From Blasia pusilla (lineage: Eukaryota), in NCBI GenBank assembly GCA_050084515.1, contig CM114271.1, positions 41,850,001-41,914,000 of the forward strand: a stretch of DNA of 64,000 nt, given 5' to 3'. The notes beneath the pieces are model-generated. The model saw nothing but the letters and a program-made list of their open reading frames with translations. It was not told where the DNA came from and ran no database searches. This document shows, piece after piece, positions 14,516-27,300 of this stretch. The position numbers and the translations under genes were made by a program. Every line of letters starts with the position of its first letter. Positions within the stretch are counted from its first letter, which is position 1.

Positions 14516-16730
14516 TCATGATGTATCTGCTATCTCCATAAATATGTCGTCTAAACTATCAAATTCAGGGGTAGGCACCAAACGGCGATGAATCGTAGAA
14601 GGTTTGTTGATAATGTTAGGGGTATGATTGCGCATTCTTTCTCGCGACTTGTTAACAACTAAGTGACTCCCGAGGACTTCATTCTGGACTAAGACATCAG
14701 ATGGAGTGAATGCTGGTAATTCTTCAAGAGTAATGGAAAGAGTGGGTACTACTTCTGGAAGAGATTTAGTATGATTGTCGAATTGGCGCTTCCAATGTTT
14801 GTTGATGTAGTGGATTTCCTCGTTCATCTGCTCTTCGAAGTTCTTGCTTGCTTCGTCGACCATCTCTTTGACATCGTCCGGATCCATCTGGGCTTCATTG
14901 AGAAGCTTATGCTCTACCTCCAAGACTGCGATCCTCCCGGTAGCCTCCGTCCACTGTGCCAGTAAGTCTTTGTTCGCTTCTTGATGTTCTTGAAGCAGCT
15001 TCGAAGACTCGGCATGTTGGATCGACAACTTCTTGAATTCGGTGTGAACCTGCTGTATCTGATGTCGATACTTGTCAATGAGGTGCGAAGCCTCCTTGAT
15101 CTGCGAAACTAACTGATCCGCCCCACATTCGAGGTTAAGCGCCAAACTTTCCCATTGGCGTGCGTTCCGTGCCTCGTACTGACACTGGACCAAGTCGCTC
15201 TGAGTTTTGCGAAGCGTGGTCTGCGTTTCTTCGAGTTCCTGGTTCCGTATTTGCAGATTCGTTTACGCTACTTTCGGCCATGCCATTGGTGGTCCGCGAA
15301 GCTTGGGCTCTGCAGTTGAGGTCGTGCAAGCCTTCTAAATAATCGTCCACGGACGTCGTATCCTCGAGTTGAAGAACCCGTTGGAGTTGGTTCATGACGG
15401 GAACTGCCAATTGCAAGAACCACATCATGTCGTCTGCCGTCTGCGACATGAGACGAAGCGTAGGTTGATGATCCCTTGCCCCCGGGGTCTCATCGGAATC
15501 CTCCTTCATGATAGGTTCTGGGTCCGAGGGTGATTCAAAATTGACCCGGCCTCGCTTTGGCCGAGGCATTTCGTTGATAGCTTCATCTTTCTTCAAAGCC
15601 GAAGTGTGCGGATCTTTGCCGAGGTGCTTCGAGGGCGGGTGACCGTGGCTACCCCTGGTACTAGTTGCGCCTTTCCGTGGTAGTCGGACGGGGGTCACTT
15701 GCGACCAGTCTAACGCCTCCTCTGCGGTCAATTCCTGCTTGTGAATATAAAGGTGAATCAAGAAAGGAGATAGGAAGGACTTCGTGCTTGGATGAAGCAC
15801 GTCCACCATTCCTCGTACGTGCCCGTCCACAAAAGCAGCAAAGTTGACTCCTGGGGCTTCGGGGTCAAGGTGTTGATTCCAGATGATGTAGCACATCTTC
15901 AAGATCTTGTTAAATCCGATAGTAAGACGAGCGGATAAAACACGGTCATCGATGTTTGCAAATCGACCAAAGACAGCGGAGAGAGTGACGAAGCCTTGTA
16001 GCCGTTCCTCCCAAGCGCCGACGTGACACACGGCCGAAAAGTGCTAAAAGATCTTCATGTTTGACGAGCAACTCCGTGTCATACTGTACTCGGCGCGGCG
16101 GGAGCGAGATAAGTTGCGCCGTCCGATGCTGAGTGTTGGGGTGCTAAAATCAAGACCCTTCTTTCAAAATTTGCGATCGCAGACGCCGTCGTCAGAGTTC
16201 TCCGGATGTTAGAGTCCACTTGGCTTGAAAGAAAGTTTCCAACGATCGCTCCTCCAGGCGCTCAGACGTGACACAGCCGAGTGCTAAAAGATCTTCATGT
16301 TTGACGAGCAACTCCGTGTCATACTTTCGACTGGCGCAAGGGAGTCGTCCGCCGTACAGTGTTGGGGCTGAGCTCGATACCGAAGACCCTTCTTTCAAAA
16401 TTTGGCGACTGCAGACGCCGAGCGAAGCTCGCCCAGGAGTTCTCCGGATGTTAGAGTCCACTTGGCTTGAAAGAAAGTTTCCAACGATCGCTCCTCCAGC
16501 GCTTCGATCAGCTCCGATGACAGCTTGACCGTCGGCATCGCCGCGCTTCGCAGAATGGGGGTGGCGTCTTCGCGAGGCATGTTGCTAGGTCGATCTAGAT
16601 GGACACCGCGCTTTGGCCTGCTATGCAACTTCATGGTGATCCCATCCATGAAAATACCCGTTTGGGTACGCCAGACTGCTCTTATAGTCCGCTCCCCCCC
16701 TGTCTGTTCCTGGTCGTGGGCAAGAAACAA
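14516..16730 (-). pseudogene. Extra ORF 3' of integrase (frameshifted pieces 16395-16730, 15135-16031, 14516-15193)
   Basis: Same strand as pol, between INT and the PPT. Contains VNFAAFV...SPFLIHLY and a long Q/E/K-rich segment that is probably coiled coil. Function unknown. Confidence 0.65.
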
Positions 16731-16800
16731 GAAAGTGGGCGCTTCGCAGCTTCGCCACGCTTCCCTTTCCTCACTTCCTGCGCTTCGCTGCTTCGCAAAG

Positions 16801-16926
16801 CATGGGCTGTCTGGAACCTTGGTGCTTCGCTACTTCGCGAAGCATGGGCTGTCTAGAACCTTGGTGCTTTGCTACTTCGCGAAGCATGGGCTGTCTGGAA
16901 CTTTGGTGCTTCGCTACTTCGCGAAG
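16801..16926. repeat. 42-bp tandem repeat x3 between pol and the extra ORF
   Basis: CATGGGCTGTCTGGAACCTTGGTGCTTCGCTACTTCGCGAAG-like units at 16801, 16843 and 16885. Confidence 0.9.
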
Positions 16927-17034
16927 CACGGTATATCTTGAACTTCGTAGCCGTGACTTCGGGTTAATCAGATATCTTCGTGGCTTCGTGACTTCGCGAA
17001 GCACGGGGCGTTTGCCTACCCCCTTCCTCATGTT

Positions 17035-20000
17035 TCAGTCATCCTCAGGTTCGGGCTCATAATACCGGCGCACATGCATTCCATTGACTCGCGTGGGCAG
17101 GGATTCTCCCTGTAAGGTTTCTAATTGGAGGGATCCATTATCATAGATGGCCAATACCCGGTAGGGTCCCATCCAATTTAATTTTAATTTTCCGGGGAAC
17201 TTTAGTCGCCGGTTATCATACAATAGCACTAAGTCGCCAACATTGATAGATTGTGGCCGGAGATGTCGATCGTAACGTTTCTTACGTTCTTTTTGCACTT
17301 GGGCTGTCCGTCGTAACGTGAGCATGCGTGCTTCTTCCAACTCCACTAGAGTCTCATTCCTGTGTTCGATAACTTCGTCCGCAGCTTCCGTTCTTGTGCC
17401 CTCCAATACCCGATAAGTGGGCAACGCCCATTGAATAGGTGTTAAGGGATGTACGCCATAAGTCAAGAAGAACGGGGTGTAGTTTGTCGTCACCTTCTCA
17501 GCTGTTCGGTACGCCCATAATGCTGGGGCAATTTTTGTGTCCCAATCATAGGAATAGGTTACCGTTAATCGATTCAATATTCGGCAAATGAGGCCGTTCG
17601 ATTTTTCCGTCAACCCGTTGGCTTTAGGTTGTAGGGAGTGGTTTTCCGATGCTTAATGAGAAAGTGGGAAGTGAGAGACTCAATAGTCTGGTTCAAGAAG
17701 TGCGTCCCCCGGTCATTGACTAGTTCCAACGGACAGCCATAACGCGTGATAATCATCTCGTATAAAAACTTAGCCATGTTTCATCTTTGTCATCTTTCCG
17801 TGGCTCCGCTTCAACCATCTTAGTACAATAGTCCGTGGCGATAAAAATATACTTCCGCCGGGTTTGGCGAGTGGCCGGGAGATAGGGCCTCAAAGTCAAT
17901 GCCCCATTTTTCAAAAGGAGCTAGGGGCATGATGGGGACCAAAGGCCATCGCAGAGTCGCCGTGGGTCGACTCCGCCTTTGACAGGCATCACAACTCCGA
18001 ATAAAATTACCTACGTCTTTGTACATAGTCGGCCACCAATATCGTGCGGCCAAAATTTTCTTCACGGTATTTTTTACCGCATAGTGTCCACCGGAATCAG
18101 CCATATGCAGAGCTCTGATGACCTGGGGAACCTCTTCAGCTTCCAAGCATCTTCGATGCTCTACATCAGCACCTAATTTGAATAAGACCCCTTGACAGAG
18201 CTCATAAGGGCCTATCCGATGTAAAAAAACTGCGCATTCTTCCGCTGTCATCGGGGTAGGAAGTCGCAGAGTCATTAGAAAACGCAAAATATCCGCATAC
18301 AACGACTGGCTCAACCGTTCCTCTGTTATCTGGAACAGATCTTCATTGGGAAAGGTATCATCGACAGATTGGGTGAGGTCCGCGTTTGTCATCCTCAACC
18401 GGGAAAGAAAATCGGCATTGGTATGCACCTTGCCGGCACGGGTCACCACATCGAATGTGAATTCTTGTAGCAACAAGATCCACTGTGCAATGCATCCTGA
18501 CAGGTCGGCTTTCACCATTAAGGGTCTGAGTGCAAAATGATCCACATGAAAGACAAATTCGTACCCTAATAAATAGTGTCGGAACTTTTTACACGAGAAG
18601 ACCATGCCTAACGCCTCTCGTTCGGTGGTTGTATATTTCTGCTCTGCCGCCGATAGTTGTCGGCCGGCGTAGTAAATTGGAAAATCATGTTTGTGCTCAT
18701 CCAATTGGCTAAGCACTACTCCAATGGCAAATGAGGACGTGTCTACATACACGTGGAAGGGTTTGGTCCAATCGGGGGACCGAAGTACAGGAGCCTTTTG
18801 CAATGCGTCTTTTAAGGTGTCGAATGCCACTTGGCACGCTGGTGTCCACTCCCATTCGGTGGTCTTCTTAAGTAATGCAGTAAGAGCGCCTGCTTTTACC
18901 GCGTAATCTTTAATGAACCGTCGATAATACCCGACATGGCCCAAGAATCCACTCAATTCCCGGAGATTAGTGGGTGGTTCCAATGCGACGATAATATCCA
19001 CCTTGGCCTTGTCGACCTCAATTCCTTGCGCCGACACTCGGTGTCCCAGAAGAATTCCTTGTTTCATAACGATATAGGATTTGTCCGAATGAAGGGACAA
19101 ATTCACTTCGCGACAGCGTGCGAGTGTTAACTCTAACTTTTCAAGATGTTCGGCCTCCGTGCTAAAGATACACAAATCGTCTAAAAAGATTTCGACGAAC
19201 TTCCGAAGATACTCCTGGAACATGGAGATCATCATCCGTTGGAAAGTAGCTGGGGCATTGCACAACCCAAAAGGCATTACGCGATATGCGAAAGTTCCCC
19301 AGTCCGTCGTGAACGTTGTGAGGGGATGATCCTTTTCTCTTATGGATACCTGGTTGTACCCCGAATATCCGTCCAAAAAGGTATAACGCTCGTGCCCGGC
19401 CACTTTATCCAAAATACTGTCGGTGAAAGGTAGAGGATGGTGGTCTTTTAAGGTGGCCGCATTTAATTTCCGATAGTCATGGCACACTCGGATTTTGCCC
19501 GTTTGTTTTTTAGGCACAATTACGATGGGCGACACCCACTCGCTGCTTAACACCGGATAGATTATTCCTGCCTCGAGACGCTGATCAATCTCGTCCTTGA
19601 CTAACAATGAGTACTTTGGGTTCAGTCGATATTGTCGCATTCGCACCGGGACCGCGCCTTCTTTAAGATCAATTCGGTGTTCACCATATTGTGCGGGAAT
19701 GCCTCTCATTTCATCCATAGAGTATGCAAAGACATCCAAATACTCAAACAGTAGTCTTTTATATTTTATAAGTGTGGTAGGAGACAAATCCGCCGAAAGG
19801 CGTAGAGATTTTTGATCTGCAATATTGACCTGGACATAGTCCTGCTCCTGAACCATGTTTTCGGTAAACTGGAAGGTGCTATGACCTAGCTTCTCTTCCT
19901 CTCGAGTCGACCTTGGCTTGGAGGGTACTGCCTCCTCATCTATTTCATAACATTCTAAGTAATATACATTGGACGAGGACTCAGTAGCGGTGGTGTTGTC

Positions 20001-20795
20001 TTGATCTGACGTATAGCCGTCGTCAGTCGGTGGCGTCTCTCCTTGCGGTGGTCGAGATTTCCACGACAGCTTGATGAGCCGCTTCGAGTCCTGATTCGGC
20101 GCCTAGAACGTGAACCGTCGCCTTTTCCAATCTGTAGTCACTCTCGCGCCATACAGCCAGGGTCTTCCGATGAGCAAAGGATAGCCCGTCGCGGTCAGGG
20201 GCTGTAAGACTAAGTAGTCCAACATAAACAACACCCCCCCGAGCATGGTCGGAATTTGCGTGAGCTGTCCGAGGGGTCTCTTCCGGGATTGATCCGCGAG
20301 CCGCAAGTACTTGTCTGTGGGTTCGTACACCGTGTACCCTAGGGCCCGAGCTGTTTGCTCCATCATAATATTGATTCCGCTTCCGGAATCAATGGGGACC
20401 TTCTTAATAGTATGGCCCTCAATCTCCACCTCCACTTCGGGGGCTCCCAAGTCCTCGACTTTGATACGGAACAGGTCCACCACTGGCAGCTGCTTCGCTG
20501 CCTTCCTGGGTCTTTTGCGGTTGATTTTCCACTGCTGCAGGATTTTTCCGTATACTGGGTTATCCATTAGCAACTGCAGCAGGGTTATGTTGGCCGGGGT
20601 TGACGTCAAGTCCCTCAGTAAATCGTACGCTTCTAGGGTTGGCCTTTGCCTTCTCTGGGGTCTGTTTCCCCTCTGGTTCCTGGGCCTCCCGCACTTGAGC
20701 ACGGACCTGGTCCTCCACGTCCTGATGGAAGTATTTCGGATGACTTCGGTCAAAGGCCGGGTCCACATCGCCTTTGAGGATGGCTTTTCCGGCAC
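17035..20795 (-). pseudogene. pol: Gypsy pol: aspartic protease, RT, RNase H, integrase (disrupted)
   Basis: PIDSGSG (PR); FLDGYSGYNQ, MPFGLCNAPATFQ and FLDD (RT); YVDTS...TEREAL...FHVDH (RH); GGHY...CDAC, WGIDF and WMGPYRV (INT). Split across ORFs 20103-20795, 17820-19856 and 17035-17613. Confidence 0.95.
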
Positions 20796-22388
20796 GTAAG
20801 GTGTTCACCGCTTTGTTCTTGGGCTCCCGAGCTTCGCGCGAAGACGAAGCACCCTTCTTTACCTTTGGGGTCCCCGCGGTTTGACTCTTTGATCTCGTGG
20901 TGACCGCCAACACTGTTTCTTGAAATTCTTTGGGCCAGTCCGATGATTCTTCGTTGGCCCCTTGGGTCGAGTCTTCCTCGCTGATGGTGACTCGCTTTGG
21001 TCTCGGGGACACTACTTCTTCCACCCGAACCAGTTGTACATTTACATCGTTCTTGGGCTTTGGTTGAGCCGCTGGATTATTTACATACCTGACCAACAAA
21101 CGTGGGACCTTAGGCTCCGGGCATTCCACGGCCGTGTGCCCGCCCTTCTTGCAGTTCCCGCATAAGGGATTGAGTCCCCACTGGTTGCTTCGGGTTTGGG
21201 CAATTATTGGCCCAGTGGTCTGCTGCGCCACAGTTATAACAACAATTTCTCTTGATGGGTGGCGTGAAGGCCGCCGCACCCATAATCTGTCTCACGGGTC
21301 TCTGTTCCCCGTATTCCGGAGGTACATACCGCATGATCCAGCTTCTTCCAGGGTTTGGGGGTGGCACCGCTTGCACGGCATAGCACCCTTCCCACTGTTC
21401 TGGTTCATACCATCCTTCTTCAATAGGGGCCTCTTCCTGGACCCATCGCAGATCTCACGAGCAAGGCATTCTTGTACAGTATGCCCCTGGGTTCCACAAC
21501 TACTACACCAAACGTTGGGCCTCATCAGCCCGGGTCGTCTTCTGGAGTCCTTCTGGGCCGCCAGATGTACCTTCAACTCAGCCATTTGTTTACTGAGTTC
21601 CTCCATGGCCGATTTTCCGGCCTTCCTTGCCGTCCCTCTTACCGGACTTTCCGACCGCTGAGGACGACGCTTGGTACTTGGTCAGGGTTTAGTCTGGTGC
21701 TTGGGGAGCGATGACGCTTTTGCTCTTCCCTTTCCTTTTAGCTTTTACCTCCTCGCTCCGAGTCCGAGGACTCGGACTAATCCTCTGTAGAGGATTCCGT
21801 GTCGGTGGAGGACGCTTCGTCTTCGGACGAAGCACTAGTCTACGACGCCCCTCTTCGTTGGTGACGCCGTCTTCGTGTTCGGCGGGACTTTTTTGAAGCT
21901 TCGTACGCCTCAACAGAGGCTATGACTGCCTCTAGGGAATCCCGTTGACCTCTCCGGCAATACCTATCCATTTCTTTGGACAAGCCAGACACGAACCAAT
22001 CTACCAATTGGGAGGTAGTCGTGTGTTCTAGCTTATTCACAAGGCTCCAGAACCGTTGGGTATATTCCCGGAGAGTTTCCTTCTTTCTTCGCTTCAGGTC
22101 GCGAAGCTTTGTAAGAAGCCTGTCCTCGAACTCCAAGTCACGGAACTCATGTAGGAAGGATTCCACGACCCTTTTCCATGTCTCCGTGACTTCTGCTCCA
22201 AGACCTTCATACCACTGGCTTGCTCGCTTCTTGAGCAGGCCCGGGAAGACTCGTAACAAATCCTCCTCTGCCCCTTCCCCGTTGGCTTTTGCGACATGGG
22301 TGAATTCAAGAATAACGTTATCCACATCGTCTCGTCGGCCTCCAGCAAAGGTGGGGTACCTTAGCAGAGTTTTTCTAGTGTTGGCCAT
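20796..22388 (-). pseudogene. gag: Gypsy gag with three CCHC zinc knuckles (frameshifted)
   Basis: Retrotransposon gag motif (ASQWY...TWKRVVESFLHEF...ETLREYTQRF). Knuckles CSSCGTQGHTVQEC, CYNCGAADHWANNC and CGNCKKGGHTAVEC. Confidence 0.9.
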
Positions 22389-23127
22389 GGGTACTACTCT
22401 CCTGCTGGCTCCCGGGCTTGATGCTCGAGAGGGAGGAGGTAAAGGTGCCGCCCGAGGTGCTCTGATCGGCTCCTCGCTCCTTGACTCTCCAAAGGGATCC
22501 CAGGACGACTCTTCGTCCGACTGCGAACTGGCAGGGGACGTAGTGGGAAATTTGTCCCTTTCTTTCTTCTTGGTCTTCGTCTTTGGACGAGGACGAAGAC
22601 TCGGAGACGAACCAGGGGGTCTTCAAGCCGGTTGCTCTTCCTGCTGCCTACTGCGCCGATCGGCTCGCTGCTCTCGCGAAGAGGGCTGAGAGCCTTCCAT
22701 AAGTCTCTTGGGGGATTTGGCAACTCGCAATCACCCCCACGGTGGCGATAGGGAAAGGGTCCATGGATGGAGGTTAACTACTGATTCTTTTTACATCTGG
22801 GAGGAGGGTGCCTGGTGCTCCTATGCTTCTGCCAGTTTTCCTCCCATAGATGAAGTACCGGGTTTTCACCAAGTACAACTATAGTCCATGGGCAAAGCAC
22901 CGTTCGGCGACCGGTTCTTTGACCATTCTAATTAGTTGGCCTATCTTCTCTAGCACCAATGCAGCAACTGTATTGTTATCTTCAAGCATACATTGTCTTA
23001 CAGGGGTCGCTAGAGCTAGCCGATGGTCTTTAGTAAGAATTAGAATGTGGGTTGTCTAGGAGCGAAGCTTCTTTCTCCGTTCCCTGCTTCCCCATGGGTC
23101 TTTCTCTCCCTTCTCAGCCAAGGATAT

Positions 23128-23147
23128 GATCCCCGGCAGTGGCGCCA
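23128..23147 (-). other. Primer binding site complementary to the tRNA-Asp 3' end
   Basis: Minus strand TGGCGCCACTGCCGGGGATC versus the plant tRNA-Asp complement TGGCGCCGTTGCCGGGGATC (2 mismatches); 17 nt from the LTR. Confidence 0.8.
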
Positions 23148-23164
23148 AAAAGTCTTCGTCCATA

Positions 23165-24368
23165 TGTAATGTCTAAGTGTTTTTTATTTACAGTCAATTA
23201 TAGAGTTCGATCCCCAAGAGGATCATTGTTGGATGAAAAGAGAGTATAAAGTGATGATTATGTTGTAAAAGTGTAATTGGTTATGTAATTCAAATGCAGT
23301 ATTCAGTATCAGCTTCCGATCCTTCTTAGTACCTATGTTTTCTTCTTCAATTCTCTCGAGTGGAGTTTAAAGGACGCTCAAGCAATTTGTTCTCTCATCA
23401 TCTCGGAACCTCATAGAGACCTCAAGAATAAAGCTGGCTTCTCCTAATTTTGGAACTCAATCCGTCGGGGCAGGTTACTCTCTGTCAAACAGATTTCATA
23501 CAACTTTATATTGATTATTCCATTGATGAGAAAGGTTCGCCTGATTCACTCTTCATTCGGCAGACCCAAAAAGAATGTTCAGACATAAGCATCGCACATC
23601 AGAATGAATGAATGAATGAATGCTTTTTTGCTCCATCAAGAATTGGAAGACTTCAAAGTATCTACAAGCTCGAGAGGGTACAACTCTCTTGCTCGGACCA
23701 TTCTACAAAGATAAGGACTTCATGAGCGAATGATGCTAATAGCTTCTATCTTGTTTCTTAAATATTCTCGAGAGTAGGATCGTTTCTATGATCCGAAGCG
23801 TTCTTGATGAAGGGTGTGTCTTTTCAATATCTGTAACTACTTAGATCTATGGTTCTCTTAGCTTTTCCTCGATCCCCTATGAATCCGCGGTACAAAATCG
23901 TCCTAACTACCAATTTGATACAAAGGGTCGCGCCCTTTCCTAGTCATTCTCAGTAAACTATGTGTCGTTTCGAATCTCAATCATGCCGAGCTTCGCTGTG
24001 CTAAATTTCCGGAGGACGAAGTTCTTCCTTCTTCTTCGTGCTTCGTGCTTCGCTCTTTGTTCTTTGTGCTTTGTGCTTCGTGCTTCGTTCAAGAGCGAGG
24101 TACTTCGTATATAGAGCTTCGTTGAGCTTCATTAGACTTTGTTAAGTTTCGCTGAGCTTCGCGTTGATCCTTTATACTTCTTTACAGCTTTTGATTCTCC
24201 TCTAAGGCAAATCCTTGATCTTTATCTCTCTGCCTTGTCTTCGGAGCTTGGTGATTCACTTATTCTTCTTCATAATAATAGATAATCATAATCAAAATCA
24301 TAATATACAAGAGTCTTCGTTGAATAAAAAGATATATTCTTCAAGATTACAAAATTGTGGGTATCACA
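23165..24368 (-). repeat. Gypsy 5' LTR
   Basis: Same length and termini as 13273-14476, with only scattered differences. Confidence 0.95.
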
Positions 24369-27300
24369 CCACACTCTAGAAATCTCTCGAAGAATAGACC
24401 ATGGTCAAGTTACTCTCCCAAGAGGGGTGATCCACTCTCATTGGAAGAGCAAGCAATCCCAAAGCCATACACTCAAGAGAGACACGAGAGACTCAAGATG
24501 TGGAATAGAAGGTGATGAACCCTTGAAGGTCCCTCCTCTTTATATACTCACAAGGGATCCAGAAGAGTACGAAATAGAACTTATCTTATCTTGTGCCACA
24601 TGGCTTTCTCTCAAGGCTTAGCCAATCACATTTTGACACAAGTAGATTTCCTCTTATCTCTTCCAAAATATCCTCTTTTATCCACATGATATTTTCCAAA
24701 TTACCCCAACTAACCTAGCCACCAACCAAGACTACTTTTGCTTTTCATTAAAGCAACTATTTTACTTTTATAAAGTCATCTTTTATTTATTACCTCCTTT
24801 TCCTAAAGTTGGGCCTGCATAAAAGAGGCACCATAAAGAGGTTTAAACATAAGAATCTCCTTTTTCTAAGTCAATTTACTTAATACTAATGAAACTCTAT
24901 CTAACACTTAATGACGAAGGAGTTTACACATTGGTTGATTTTACTATACGACACCGTTGCAGTTGTTTTGTACTCCTGAAAGGTCAGCCTACTTTGAATA
25001 GCCGCCGTTGCAGTTGTTTTGTACTTTTCAAAGGTGAGCCTACTCACAATAGCCGCCGTAGTGGATGTTTGGTGGACAAAATATAAGTTTTCATTTATGA
25101 TTTGTATCGACGTGGCATAGTCATCAGCCGTAATGAAAGTTAGATTGATCAACAACCTTTCGGTCATCATGTGCAGTAAGGAGGCATGCCAAGCGGATAT
25201 AATTGAAGCACGTGTTCCGCAACTTTGATAAGTTTGAGTTTTCACTAGATTGTTGGTGCTCGCTGAATTATAGAGCAAAGCATTACGCACGTAGCAAGAA
25301 ATGGTATCGGCTTAGAATATGTAGATTTGGCGCAAAGATCAGAGGCAAAGGTCTCCCTATTTTCAATGAGGACAAATTCTCTAGCGGTTCAAAGACTTCA
25401 ACAAATGGACCGTATCCTCAGAAGGAGGATACTCTTGTGAAGAAATGTAGTTTTGTATGCCATTCACATTTGCAAGACATAACCACGAGCGTAGATGGTA
25501 TTAACAACATGTCCGACATCGGAGGATTGGAGGAAAATATTCAGGAATATTCAACGGTTGCTAATCATAGTGGAAAAAAGTCCCACAATGTTAGGGGGAG
25601 GTCGGCGGAAAATAGCACGGCGGCTAATGTTAACGAAGTTGCAGTTAATGTGTGTGGACCCTCGGTTGGAGATATTGGGGGACATAGTGAAGAATTTCAA
25701 GACCCATGCATATCGAGGCTTGCATGTGGAATGGGGGTCCCGTGGCAACCTCAACATAGTAAGAGGCCAAACCAGCCAATTTTCAAGAATTCTTTCTCAG
25801 AACCTAAAGTAAGCTCAGACGTTCCCATGGAGAAAAGGAGAAAGAGTGGTGAAGCGAGAGTCCCCGCCGCAAGGAATGGGGCATGTGGTCAATTTTCTAG
25901 GTACATACTTTCAGCGAAGGGGAATGGTACATCATGTAAATATGAAGTTTGCGAATGGAGGGTCCGTTGCCAACGGCATAAAACTACAGGCCTATATGAG
26001 ATAACAGTGTGTAATTTGAAACACACTTGTCCGGGGCACATTCATACATGGAGGGGTCCTACCCACAAGGCAAAGTGGTTATCAATGGTATTAGCAGATA
26101 GGGTTGTAAATCAACCAAGCATCCCTGTAGGTAGCCTTGTAGAAGTCCTTGCGTAGACGTACAAGAAGCGAACAACTTACTCTCCTGGATGGAGATGCAA
26201 AGAAATATGTTGAGATTGGATGAATGGGGGTGAACGGGCAGGTTTCCATTTGATTCCTTCTTTCATACAGGCAGTAAAGGAAGCCGACCCCTTTGCCACC
26301 GCTGCTTGGGATGTTTGGAATTTAGAATCTGCCATCTTCAAGAGGCTATTTATTTGTCCATATGCCATGAAGAACATCATTCCTTATATGCAAAAGGTAG
26401 TTGGCTTGGCTGCGTGCGATACAAAGAATAGGAAGTATCCCATGCAGATTTTCATTGCGTCCATGTTGGATGGAAATGCCAATACGATCATTTTGGCATT
26501 TGGCATATCTCCTCGCAAGAAAAATAAGGAATGGGAATGGTTTTGTGCACATCTGAAGAAAGCCATCCCAACTTTAGATGATCCCAGAAAGGGACTTTTA
26601 CACGCCGTGTGTACAATATTCCCCCAGAATATACATAGCATGTGTGCCCAACATTTGAGACAAAATGTTCGAACACGGTATGGAAAAGTTGCCAAAGAAT
26701 TTTTCATTGCCTGCCTTTATGCCAGGACCAGGGAGAAGTAAGCAATCAATCCATTTCATTATTCCTTACAGTTTGCATATGTGAGTCTTGTATATTCAGT
26801 GGTAGTATTTTGCATAGGCTGCGACTATTTTTGACTGCTATTCTCTATAGGACGGCGGCTATTCACAATAAAGATGGTTGCTATTCCCTATAGGAAAACG
26901 GATAGTCAAGTTAGGACGGCTGCTATTTCCTATAGGCTATTCACAGTTGGGACGGCTGCTAATTTGATACCTTGTTAGGACGGAGGCTATTTAGGATTAA
27001 ATCGGTATCTAAATTCCAATCTTTTAAGGATGGCGACTATTCTCAGCTAAATTGGCATCTGAATTTGAACCCTTTGTGGACGGCGGCTAATGACAGATGA
27101 TTTTTTGATCGCGCTATTCACAATTATGCGGAGACTAACGAAAATTGAGGGTCTTGTTTTCCAGGTATGACATGTGGATTAACGAATTGGAAAGGCATCA
27201 TATTCAACAAATAGTTGATGCAGCCTCGTACATACGAGAGATAGGACTAGAGAAGTTTGCGAGATGTGCATTCCCTTTGCCACGCTATGGCAAAGTGAGT

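Larger units (their letters stand above)
13273..24368 (-). mobile_element. Full-length Ty3/Gypsy LTR retrotransposon, non-chromoviral (Athila-like PBS, 3' extra ORF), 11.1 kb
   Basis: Two near-identical 1204-bp LTRs, TSD CCACA (13268-13272, 24369-24373), gag-PR-RT-RH-INT order on minus, PBS and PPT present, no chromodomain after the GPY motif. Confidence 0.97.
12580..24953. mobile_element. Solo LTR (~1.27 kb) split by the Gypsy insertion into 12580-13272 and 24374-24953
   Basis: Termini TGTCGT...ACGACA. Flanking direct repeat CCGT at 12576-12579 and 24954-24957. Removing it restores one minisatellite unit (GCCGTTGCAGTTG). Confidence 0.75.

Noticed and set aside
23128-23147. tRNA-Asp gene
   Set aside because: Only the 3'-terminal 20 nt including CCA are present; this is a retrotransposon PBS.
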